A DNA stretch of 32,000 bases. Source: Bacteroidales bacterium. GTDB lineage: Bacteria; Bacteroidota; Bacteroidia; Bacteroidales; P3. The translations under genes and the position numbers were made by a program. Where the stretch lies: assembly GCA_016292015.1 (NCBI GenBank), contig JAEEZY010000019.1, positions 61,415 through 93,414 on the forward strand, read 5' to 3'. Every line of letters begins with the position of its first letter. Position 1 is the first letter of the stretch. Below, one piece after another: positions 1 through 7,129 of this stretch. Below the pieces are notes generated by a model that made no database searches, was not told the origin of the DNA, and saw only the letters and a list, made by a program, of their open reading frames with translations.

Positions 1-417
1 TAAAGAAGAGTTTTCGCATAATTTCGCAAGTTTTAGCAATTTTTCGCAATCAAACAGAAGAAACAGCGCAGCGTATTTCATTTTCGAGTTTTTCGCTCCA
101 GCAATAGACAATCACCCAAGCAAGACCTTTCGTGTTTTTCGAGTTTTTCGATGTTAAAAAAAATAACCCCAGCAAACTAACCCCATCAAGTAATTCGATG
201 TAAAAACAGAAGAAACAGCGCAGCGCATTTCATTTTCGAGTTTTTCGCCCAGCAATAGACAATCACCCAAGCAAGCCTTTTAGTTTTTTTCGAGTTTTTC
301 GATGTTCAAAAAAAATATTTTCGCACCTTTTGCCTAGAGCAAACCCATACAAGAGCCCAGTCAAAAGCAAAAGACAAGCAAGCCTTTTCGATTTTTCGAT
401 GTTAAAAAAATAACCCC
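1..417. repeat. Mosaic direct-repeat field upstream of rfbB, running off the left edge of the window
   Basis: Two ~112-bp units at 53-165 and 205-316 (period 152 bp, only a few mismatches). Four 10-bp phased units at 11-50 (ttttcgcata/atttcgcaag/ttttagcaat/ttttcgcaat). The motif gagtttttcgatgtt plus an A-run occurs at 141-155 and 292-306, with a variant at 389-403. No ORF on the + strand. Confidence 0.9.
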
Positions 418-1548
418 ATGAACATATTAATCACCGGCGGAGCCGGTTTCATCGGCAACCACGTAGTCCGCCTCTTCGTCAACAAGTACCCCCAGTACAA
501 GATCGTCAACCTCGACAAGCTCACCTATGCCGGTAACTTGGCTAACCTCAAGGATGTCGAGGCCAAGCCCAACTACAAGTTCGTCAAGATGGACATCTGC
601 GACTTTGAAGGCGTGATGAGACTGATGCAGGCCGAGCATATCGACGGAATTATCCACCTGGCCGCCGAGAGCCATGTGGACCGCAGTATCAAAGACCCCT
701 TCACCTTCGCCCAGACCAATGTCATGGGCACGCTGAGCCTGCTGCAAGCCGCCAAAGCCTATTGGGAGAGCCAGCCCGAGAAGTACGAAGGCAAGCGGTT
801 CTACCATATCAGCACCGACGAGGTGTATGGAGCGTTGGCGATGACGCATCCCGAAGGCATAGAGCCCCCGTACACCACCAAGGCCTCGTCCGGCCAGCAC
901 CATTTGGCCTATGGCGACCAGTTCTTCACCGAAGAGTTGAAGTACCAGCCCCACAGCCCCTATAGTGCTGCCAAGGCCAGCAGCGACCATTTCGTCAGAG
1001 CCTTCCATGACACCTTCGGTATGCCGACCATTGTCACCAACTGCTCCAACAACTACGGCCCCTACCAGTTCCCCGAGAAGCTGATACCCTTGTTCATCAA
1101 CAATATACGGCATCGGAAGCCGTTGCCCGTGTATGGCAGAGGCGAGAATGTGCGCGACTGGCTGTATGTCGAAGACCATGCCAGAGCCATCGATACTATC
1201 TTCCATAGAGGCAAGGTAGCCGAGACCTACAATATAGGAGGCTTCAACGAGTGGAAGAATATCGATATAGTCAAGGTCCTTATCAACACTGTTGACCGGT
1301 TGTTAGGCCGTCCCGAAGGAGCCGACATGGACCTGATTACATACGTCACCGACCGAGCCGGCCACGACCTGAGGTATGCCATAGACAGCAGCAAGCTGCA
1401 GCGAGAGTTAGGCTGGGAGCCCAGTCTGCAGTTTGAAGAAGGCATCGAGAAGACCGTGAGGTGGTATTTAGACAACCAAGCCTGGCTAGACAACGTGACC
1501 AGCGGCAAATACCAAGACTACTATAGAGACATGTACGACAAAAGATAA
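418..1548 (+). CDS. rfbB: dTDP-glucose 4,6-dehydratase
   Basis: 376 aa. N-terminal Rossmann motif ILITGGAGFIGNH, STDEVYG, and the YSAAKASSDH catalytic Y-x3-K region. End-to-end resemblance to RmlB/RfbB. Confidence 0.95.
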   Translation: MNILITGGAGFIGNHVVRLFVNKYPQYKIVNLDKLTYAGNLANLKDVEAKPNYKFVKMDICDFEGVMRLMQAEHIDGIIHLAAESHVDRSIKDPFTFAQTNVMGTLSLLQAAKAYWESQPEKYEGKRFYHISTDEVYGALAMTHPEGIEPPYTTKASSGQHHLAYGDQFFTEELKYQPHSPYSAAKASSDHFVRAFHDTFGMPTIVTNCSNNYGPYQFPEKLIPLFINNIRHRKPLPVYGRGENVRDWLYVEDHARAIDTIFHRGKVAETYNIGGFNEWKNIDIVKVLINTVDRLLGRPEGADMDLITYVTDRAGHDLRYAIDSSKLQRELGWEPSLQFEEGIEKTVRWYLDNQAWLDNVTSGKYQDYYRDMYDKR

Positions 1549-2567
1549 TCCACCCCAGAGTAAAAAGAAGAAATTTAGTAATAAAAAAGGTTTCAAGCAA
1601 AGCAAGAAAAAACAAGCAATAAACAGCCGAAGCAAGCCAACCCATGCAAGGTTTCAAGCGAAGCAAGAAACAAATTTAGAGTATTTCGTAAAGACCCCAG
1701 CAATCAACCCCAACAGGATTTCGAGTTTTTAGAGTTTTTCGATGTTATAAAAAGGTTTCAAGCGAAGCAAGAAAAAACAAGCACTAAAAAGAAGAAGCAA
1801 ACCAACCCCAGCAAGGTTTCAAGCGCAGCAAGAAACAAATTTCGAGTTTTTCGCTCCAGCAATAGACAATTACCCAAGCAAACCTTTTCGTGTCTTTCGT
1901 GTTTTTAGATGTTTAAATAAAGAAGAGTTTTAGCATAATTTCGCACTTTTAGCATCTTTTCGCAATAAAACAGAAGAAACAGCGAAGCGAATTTCAATTT
2001 AGAGTATTTCGTAAAGACCCCAGCAATCAACCCCAACAGAATTTTAGTGTTTTTCGAGTTTTTAGATGTTTTAAAAAAAACGTAGTCAAGTAACCCCAGC
2101 AATGTTTCAAGCGAAGCAAGAAACAAATTTCGAGTTTTTCGAGTTTTTAGATGTTAAAAAGAAAACCGTAGTCAAGTAACCCCAGCAAGGTTTCAAGCGA
2201 AGCAAGAAACAATTTTCGCAATTTTAGCCCAAGACCCCAGCAACCTAGAGCAAAAAAAAAAAGATTTTCGCATAATTTCGCACTTTTCGCATTTTTTCGC
2301 AATAAAACAGAAGAAACAGCGAAGCGAATTTCAATTTAGAGTATTTCGCCAATAACCCAGCAATCAACCCCAACAGAATTTTCGAGTTTTTAGAGTTTTT
2401 CGATGTTATAAAAAAGGTTTCAAGCGAAGCAAGAAACAAATTTCGAGTTTTTCGAGTTTTTAGATGTTTAAAAAAAAAGCCGTAGTCAACCAACCCCAGC
2501 AAGGTTTCAAGCGAAGCAGAGAACAAAGATTGTTCACTATGCCGAGCAAGAAAAAGACAACGAAGTC
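1549..2567. repeat. Mosaic direct-repeat field downstream of rfbB (about 1 kb, non-coding)
   Basis: Large units at ~1917-2250 and ~2255-2530 (period ~338 bp) and a partial copy at ~1669-1785. There are 8 copies of ggtttcaagcgaagcaagaaac-like 22-mers (starts 1589, 1650, 1754, 1815, 2103, 2189, 2416, 2503) and 6 copies of g(a/t)gttttt(c/a)gatgtt plus an A-run (1732, 1899, 2056, 2141, 2393, 2454). Segment 1917-1968 matches window positions 1-52. An A11 run lies at 2252-2262. Confidence 0.9.
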
Positions 2568-2679
2568 AAACCGTAAACCTTAAACGGTAAACCGTAAACT
2601 ACAAACCGTAAACTACAAACCGTAAACCGTAAACCATAAACTACTAAGCTACTAACCTGTCTGTAAACCCTAACCTAAC
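2568..2679. repeat. TAAACCG-type heptamer/14-mer low-complexity array abutting the start codon of the RelA/SpoT gene
   Basis: ccgtaaac occurs at 2571, 2592, 2606, 2620 and 2627. The 14-mer aaaccgtaaactac is tandem. It is followed by aaactactaagctactaacc and ctaacctaac, then the ATG at 2680. Confidence 0.85.
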
Positions 2680-3726
2680 ATGAAATACTCCCGAAATAAG
2701 ATCAACATCTCCGGTAAGGCCCTCTTGGCAGGACCCGATACAGGATTTCCATACACCGACGCAGGTCTTGTCGTTGATGATTGGCGCCGGCTCCACATGG
2801 TTCCGCTCGAGGAGTTAGTGTCCGAAGTGACGCGCCTGCTTGCCGATGCTGGAGTGTCGGCCGCCTTCTCTTCCCATCGCCTCAAGCGAATGACCTCCAT
2901 CGTGGCCAAGCTACGTCACAACCCAGGGATGGGGCTTGGAGGTCTGCAGGATATCGGAGGGGCCCGTTTTGTGTTCGAGGATATGACCTCATTACGGCAG
3001 GCGCAGAATGTGGTTGCGGAAGCGAGTTTTAGCCATTTTCTTCCCGACAGGGAACCGTACGACTATGTGCAGACACCCAAAGAGAGTGGCTATAGGAGTA
3101 TCCATTTTGCCTATAAGTATGTCAGTGACGATACCGACTATGATGGACTTAGGGTTGAGCTGCAGCTCCGAACGCGGTTGCAGCACGATTGGGCCATGGC
3201 CGTTGAGACGGCCGAACTCATCTCCCAGTCGTCGCTTAAGGCCAGTCTTGGCGACCAGAACTGGTTAGAGTTCTTCAAGCTGTGCAGTGCTGTCTTTGCG
3301 CAGAAGGAGTCGATGCCCGTAGCCGAGGCATACAGAGAGTTTACGGAAAGAGACTATTGTGAGAGGTATGCGCAGCTGGAGCAGCAGTATAAGTTTATGG
3401 ATCAGCTGAAAGCACTTGTGAGTGCGGTGAAGATAACCGAAGAGCATACGTTGAAGGAAGGGTATGCCGTGATTTTCATACAGTTTTTAGACAAGAGAGT
3501 CCAGTTGAGGCATTTTAATACGGGAGAGTTGGAGAAGGCTACGGACTATTATTCCGAAGTGGAGAAGACCGTGAATGATGAGAATTCGGCAGTTGTCCTT
3601 GTGTCAGTCTCCGACATGCAAGAGCTCCAGGAAGCCTATCCCAGCTATTTCTTGAATTCAGGCGAGTTCATCGCCGCACTGGATGATTTTCAGCGAGCCT
3701 GCCGCATAAAAGGATACATCAAGTAG
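2680..3726 (+). CDS. RelA/SpoT-domain (small alarmone synthetase / toxSAS-like) protein with an uncharacterised C-terminal domain of about 150 aa
   Basis: 348 aa. Synthetase-fold signature in the expected order: HRLKRMTSIVAKL, LQDIGGARFVF, PKESGYRSIHFAYKY, VELQLRTRLQHDWAMAVE. The N-terminal KYSRNKINISGKAL and W-R-x-x-H helix region is typical of stand-alone SAS/toxSAS proteins. There is no hydrolase (HD) domain and no adjacent partner ORF. Confidence 0.8.
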   Translation: MKYSRNKINISGKALLAGPDTGFPYTDAGLVVDDWRRLHMVPLEELVSEVTRLLADAGVSAAFSSHRLKRMTSIVAKLRHNPGMGLGGLQDIGGARFVFEDMTSLRQAQNVVAEASFSHFLPDREPYDYVQTPKESGYRSIHFAYKYVSDDTDYDGLRVELQLRTRLQHDWAMAVETAELISQSSLKASLGDQNWLEFFKLCSAVFAQKESMPVAEAYREFTERDYCERYAQLEQQYKFMDQLKALVSAVKITEEHTLKEGYAVIFIQFLDKRVQLRHFNTGELEKATDYYSEVEKTVNDENSAVVLVSVSDMQELQEAYPSYFLNSGEFIAALDDFQRACRIKGYIK

Positions 3727-3754
3727 AATGCCCATTGACCAGCTCACAATGAAC

Positions 3755-3930
3755 TATTAAGCGATTAAGCTAATTTCAGTAAACCGTAAACATTAAACGG
3801 TAAACTAAACCAACAGTAAACCGTAAACAGTAAACAGTAAACTATAAACCGTAAACCACTAACCCACTTAGCAATTAAACAATTAAGCTACTAAACAACT
3901 AAGCAATTAAACTACTAAGCCCCTAACCCA
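3755..3930. repeat. Second TAAACCG / TTAAGC low-complexity array, in direct orientation relative to 2568-2679
   Basis: aaaccgtaaacAttaaacggtaaac at 3781 matches aaaccgtaaacCttaaacggtaaac at 2568. ccgtaaac occurs at 3784, 3821 and 3849. aaactactaagc followed by ctaaccc at ~3909-3929 parallels 2638-2657. Confidence 0.85.
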
Positions 3931-3964
3931 ATTAACGGCCAATTTAATTAACGTTTAAAAGAAT

Positions 3965-5161
3965 ATGCGTAAAGTAATGCTAGTCTTTGGAACCCGCCCA
4001 GAGGCCATCAAGATGTGCCCCCTGGTCAAGGAGTTCCAAAAATACCCGAAGGACTTTGAAACCATCGTCTGCGTCACAGGACAGCACCGCGAGATGCTCG
4101 ACCAGGTGCTGCATATCTTCGAGGTCAAGCCCGACTATGACCTCAACATCATGAAACAAGGCCAAGACCTCTATGATGTCACCGCCCGAGTCCTTACAGG
4201 TATGCGCGATGTGTTCACCAAGGTCAAGCCCGATGTGGTGCTGGTTCATGGAGACACGACAACAAGCACCGCGGCAGCTTTAGCCGCTTTCTATCAGCAG
4301 ATACCAGTAGGTCATGTCGAGGCAGGCCTCCGCACGCACAACATCTACAGCCCCTGGCCCGAAGAGATGAACCGCCAGATCACAGGACGTATCGCCACTT
4401 ACAATTTCTCACCCACACCACTCTCAGAAAGCAACCTGAAGGACGAGAAAGCCCAAGGCCAGATCTTCGTGACGGGCAATACCGTTATCGATGCCCTCCA
4501 CATGGTGGTGGAAAAGTTGAAAACCGACAAAGCCTTGGCCGATGAGCAAATCAACGTCCTAAAAGCCGCAGGCTATGATGTGACAAGATTATTCTCTAAT
4601 TCTCAAATTCTTGACAGAAAAAAGCTAGTCTTGATTACCGGCCATCGCCGCGAGAATTTCGGTGACGGTTTTATCTCTATGGTGACAGCCATGAAAGACC
4701 TCAGCGAGAAGTATCCCGATGTGGACTTTGTCTATCCCATGCACCTTAACCCCAACGTACGTAAACCCATCCACGAAGTCTTTGGTGAGGACTTGACGAA
4801 ATACGAGAACTTCTTCTTCATCGAACCGCTGCAGTATTTGGAGTTCGTCTATCTGATGGAGAAATCGACAGTTGTCCTTACCGATAGTGGTGGTATCCAG
4901 GAAGAAGCCCCCGGCCTTGGCAAGCCCGTGCTTGTGATGCGCGACACCACCGAGCGCCCGGAGGCCCTCAAGAGTGGCACGGTACACCTTGTGGGTACCA
5001 ACCACGACCTCATTGTTAGAGAGGTAAGTACCCTCCTCGATGACACAGCCGCCTACGAGCGCATGAGCAAAGCCGTGAACCCCTATGGCGACGGCAAAGC
5101 TTGTAGCCGCATTGTGCGGGCACTCAATGGTGAAAAGGTCAAGCGCTACGAGGTGAAATAA
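3965..5161 (+). CDS. wecB: UDP-N-acetylglucosamine 2-epimerase (non-hydrolysing)
   Basis: 398 aa. Motifs FGTRPEAIKM, HVEAGLRT, TGNTVIDAL, ITGHRRENFG, HLNPNV, TDSGGIQEEAP, VMRDTTERPE. Confidence 0.93.
   Translation: MRKVMLVFGTRPEAIKMCPLVKEFQKYPKDFETIVCVTGQHREMLDQVLHIFEVKPDYDLNIMKQGQDLYDVTARVLTGMRDVFTKVKPDVVLVHGDTTTSTAAALAAFYQQIPVGHVEAGLRTHNIYSPWPEEMNRQITGRIATYNFSPTPLSESNLKDEKAQGQIFVTGNTVIDALHMVVEKLKTDKALADEQINVLKAAGYDVTRLFSNSQILDRKKLVLITGHRRENFGDGFISMVTAMKDLSEKYPDVDFVYPMHLNPNVRKPIHEVFGEDLTKYENFFFIEPLQYLEFVYLMEKSTVVLTDSGGIQEEAPGLGKPVLVMRDTTERPEALKSGTVHLVGTNHDLIVREVSTLLDDTAAYERMSKAVNPYGDGKACSRIVRALNGEKVKRYEVK
4591..4614 (+). repeat. 24-bp element attctctaattctcaaattcttga inside the wecB coding sequence
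   Basis: Exact 24/24 match to 5608-5631. It encodes FSNSQILD in a loop just before the conserved ITGHRRE motif. Confidence 0.9.
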
Positions 5162-5170
5162 TAAACAAGG

Positions 5171-5196
5171 TCAAGAATTAGAGAATTTGAGAATTG
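5171..5196 (-). repeat. Imperfect inverted copy of the gagaatt-type element, immediately upstream of the GxxExxY gene
   Basis: tcaagaattagagaatttgagaattg. Its reverse complement caattctcaaattctctaattcttga is a permuted version of the 24-mer at 5608-5631. Confidence 0.6.
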
Positions 5197-5199
5197 TTG

Positions 5200-5604
5200 A
5201 TGGCTTTACTATATCCGGAACTAAGCAAAAGAATTCTGGGAATTGCGATGCAGTTGCATCGTGAAATGGGTTGCGGGTTTAAGGAAAAGGTGTATCAGGA
5301 TGCCTTTGAAGTACTCCTCAAGGAGAATAACATAAACTATGAACGCGAAAAGCATATCGACCTCAAGTTTCATGGGGTAAAACTGGAACACGATTTCTTC
5401 TATGACTTCCTTATTGATAATAAGATAGGGGTGGAGTTGAAGGCAGTGTCGGAAATAGTTGGAGAGTTTGAGGCTCAGATAATCAACTACCTGCATGTGA
5501 GCAATCACAAGCTTGGTTTGTTGCTGAATTTTGGTACCACGAGTCTGGAATACAAATGGTATCCCAACGAGTGGCACTACAGACAATGCGCAAGCATTGG
5601 TTGA
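5200..5604 (+). CDS. GxxExxY family protein (PD-(D/E)XK-like small protein common in polysaccharide loci)
   Basis: About 134 aa counted from the ATG at 5200 (the ORF track starts at TTG 5194). Motifs GCGFKEKVYQDA (the GxxExxY signature), DFLIDNKIGVELKAV and KLGLLLNFG. GC looks lower than in the flanking wecB and wecC. Confidence 0.8.
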   Translation: MALLYPELSKRILGIAMQLHREMGCGFKEKVYQDAFEVLLKENNINYEREKHIDLKFHGVKLEHDFFYDFLIDNKIGVELKAVSEIVGEFEAQIINYLHVSNHKLGLLLNFGTTSLEYKWYPNEWHYRQCASIG

Positions 5605-5607
5605 AAA

Positions 5608-5631
5608 ATTCTCTAATTCTCAAATTCTTGA
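5608..5631 (+). repeat. 24-bp element attctctaattctcaaattcttga immediately after the GxxExxY stop codon
   Basis: Exact copy of 4591-4614. Confidence 0.9.
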
Positions 5632-5670
5632 TGAATAATAACTTGAAATGATAATTTAAACAATACAAAA

Positions 5671-6897
5671 ATGATTAACGTTATCGGACTGGGCTACATC
5701 GGACTGCCCACAGCATTGATGATGGCTTCGCATGGTGTTGAAGTCATAGGTACAGACTACAACAAAGAACTGGTGGCAACACTGAATGCAGGAAAGACCA
5801 CCTTTAAGGAGGACGGCCTTGATGAACTCTTCCAGGATGCGCTGAAAAAGGGCATCAAGTTCACCACCGAGTATCAGAAGACCGACATATACATCGTGAG
5901 CGTACCCACACCTTACGACAAGTTCAGCAAGAAGGTCGATGCCTGCTATGTGGTGTCAGCTGTCAAAGATGTGATGAAGGTCTGCCCCAAAGGAGCCACT
6001 GTGGTGATTGAGAGCACTGTCAGCCCCGGAACCATCGACAAGTTCGTCCGTCCTGTCATCGAGGCCAACGGCTTCAAGATAGGCGAGGATATCAACCTCG
6101 TCCACGCCCCCGAGCGCATCATCCCAGGTAATATGGTCTATGAGTTGTTGCATAATAACCGCACCATCGGTGCCGACAGCCGTGAGATTGGTGAGAAGGT
6201 GAAGAAATACTATGCTTCCTTCTGCCAAGGCGAGATTGTGGTGACTGACATCCGTACTGCCGAGATGACCAAGGTGGTGGAGAATACCTACCGAGCCGTG
6301 AACATCGCCTTCGCCAACGAGCTCAGCCGCATCTGTCGCCACGACAATATGGATGTGTACGAGATAATCAAGATTTGCAACATGCACCCCCGTGTCAATA
6401 TCTTGCAGCCCGGTCCTGGAGTCGGCGGTCATTGCATCTCCGTTGACCCGTGGTTCCTCGTGGGCGACTATCCCCAGCTGGCCAAGGTGATTGACGAGAG
6501 CATGAAGACCAACGACTATCAGCCAGTCTTCGTCCTCGAGCGCATCCATGAGATCATGGAAGAGCACCATATTACCGACAACCGCCGAGTGGGATTGTAT
6601 GGCATCACATACAAGGAGAATGTGGATGATGTAAGAGAGAGTCCGACCTTGCAGATGATCGACATACAGGAGCGCCATCTTGCCCGTCCTTTGAAGAGCT
6701 TCGACCCCTTCTTCACCGACAAAGAGATTGTGAAGAACCAGCTTCTCGACTTCGACCAGTTCCTCAACGAGGTTGACATGGTAGTCATCATGGTGAAGCA
6801 CGACCATATCAAGCAGAATTGGGACAAGCTGAAAGGCAAAGTCATCCTTGACTGCCATAATATCTGCCCGTTGATAGAGAACGTCTATCACATCTAA
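5671..6897 (+). CDS. wecC: UDP-N-acetyl-D-mannosamine dehydrogenase
   Basis: 408 aa. N-terminal GLGYIGLP NAD-binding motif, a UDP-glucose/GDP-mannose dehydrogenase family layout, and the catalytic-Cys region GVGGHCISVDP. It is paired with wecB. Confidence 0.9.
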   Translation: MINVIGLGYIGLPTALMMASHGVEVIGTDYNKELVATLNAGKTTFKEDGLDELFQDALKKGIKFTTEYQKTDIYIVSVPTPYDKFSKKVDACYVVSAVKDVMKVCPKGATVVIESTVSPGTIDKFVRPVIEANGFKIGEDINLVHAPERIIPGNMVYELLHNNRTIGADSREIGEKVKKYYASFCQGEIVVTDIRTAEMTKVVENTYRAVNIAFANELSRICRHDNMDVYEIIKICNMHPRVNILQPGPGVGGHCISVDPWFLVGDYPQLAKVIDESMKTNDYQPVFVLERIHEIMEEHHITDNRRVGLYGITYKENVDDVRESPTLQMIDIQERHLARPLKSFDPFFTDKEIVKNQLLDFDQFLNEVDMVVIMVKHDHIKQNWDKLKGKVILDCHNICPLIENVYHI

Positions 6898-6918
6898 CAT
6901 CATACATCTTACATCAAA

Positions 6919-6970
6919 CATCCTTGACTGTCACAATATTTGTCCATTGTACGGTGTTTATCGTATTTAA
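6919..6970 (+). pseudogene. Orphan remnant of a second wecC 3' end
   Basis: catccttgactgTcaCaatatTtgTccAttg matches 6843-6873 of the intact gene. It translates to ILDCHNICPL in both copies, and every difference is a synonymous third-position change. The tail then diverges and ends in TAA at 6968-6970. Confidence 0.8.
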
Positions 6971-7129
6971 GAATATTTATGATGTAAGGGGAGGTATGTA
7001 AGATGAGGATAGTTGAATATACAATAAAAAAATAGTGTATGTCGTTTGCCGAAATAGTAATTAAACTCAAAGAGGACCCTCTAGGGCAAACAGTAGAACT
7101 ACATCTTTCGTTTCCCGTAAAACGTATAT

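Noticed and set aside
427-1206. A 259-aa ORF antisense to rfbB, with similar antisense ORFs at 5956-6921 (321 aa, opposite wecC), 17445-18131 (228 aa), 27585-28163 (192 aa) and 10530-11093 (187 aa).
   Set aside because: These are shadow ORFs opposite strongly supported genes. Their translations are compositionally odd and have no recognisable motifs.
1905-2526. Minus-strand ORFs of 73 and 93 aa (1905-2126, 2245-2526) with repeated peptides such as LASLETLLGL and SKNSKNSK. Some C/A repeat polymorphisms look synonymous (tcg/tct) in that frame.
   Set aside because: Equivalent repeat copies are read in different frames (KTSKNSKNTK versus KHLKTRKTRN). Other copies are interrupted by stops. The peptides are low-complexity products of the repeat itself. 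There is no consistent frame conservation, so I treat them as non-coding.
1549-2567. Possible CRISPR array, because a 22-mer recurs 8 times.
   Set aside because: Spacing is irregular (61-289 bp). The intervening 'spacers' are themselves repeated modules. The repeat has no palindromic core, and no cas genes are in the window.
2655-2679. Telomere-like string gtaaaccctaacctaac (CCCTAA-like).
   Set aside because: Only one to two degenerate units are present, embedded in the TAAACCG low-complexity array. This is a coincidental resemblance.
1-2679. An invertible-promoter (fin/Mpi-type) switch of the kind known for Bacteroides capsule loci.
   Set aside because: All repeats I could find are direct. 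I saw no flanking inverted-repeat pair and no recombinase gene in the window.
3727-3964. Bacteroidota-type promoters (TTTG at -33, TAnnTTTG at -7) upstream of the RelA/SpoT gene, wecB, the gene at 7130, wzx and the gene at 25367.
   Set aside because: Scanning by eye found only partial matches (for example taatttcg and tattttcg in the repeats). None is convincing enough to annotate without transcription start data.
7043-7090. An inverted repeat (gtttgcc ... ggcaaac, with an inner agagg-ac-cctct) after the wecC remnant, considered as a possible terminator.
   Set aside because: The 7-bp outer stem has a ~34-nt loop. The inner hairpin has a 2-nt loop. There is no trailing T-run. This is too weak to call a terminator.
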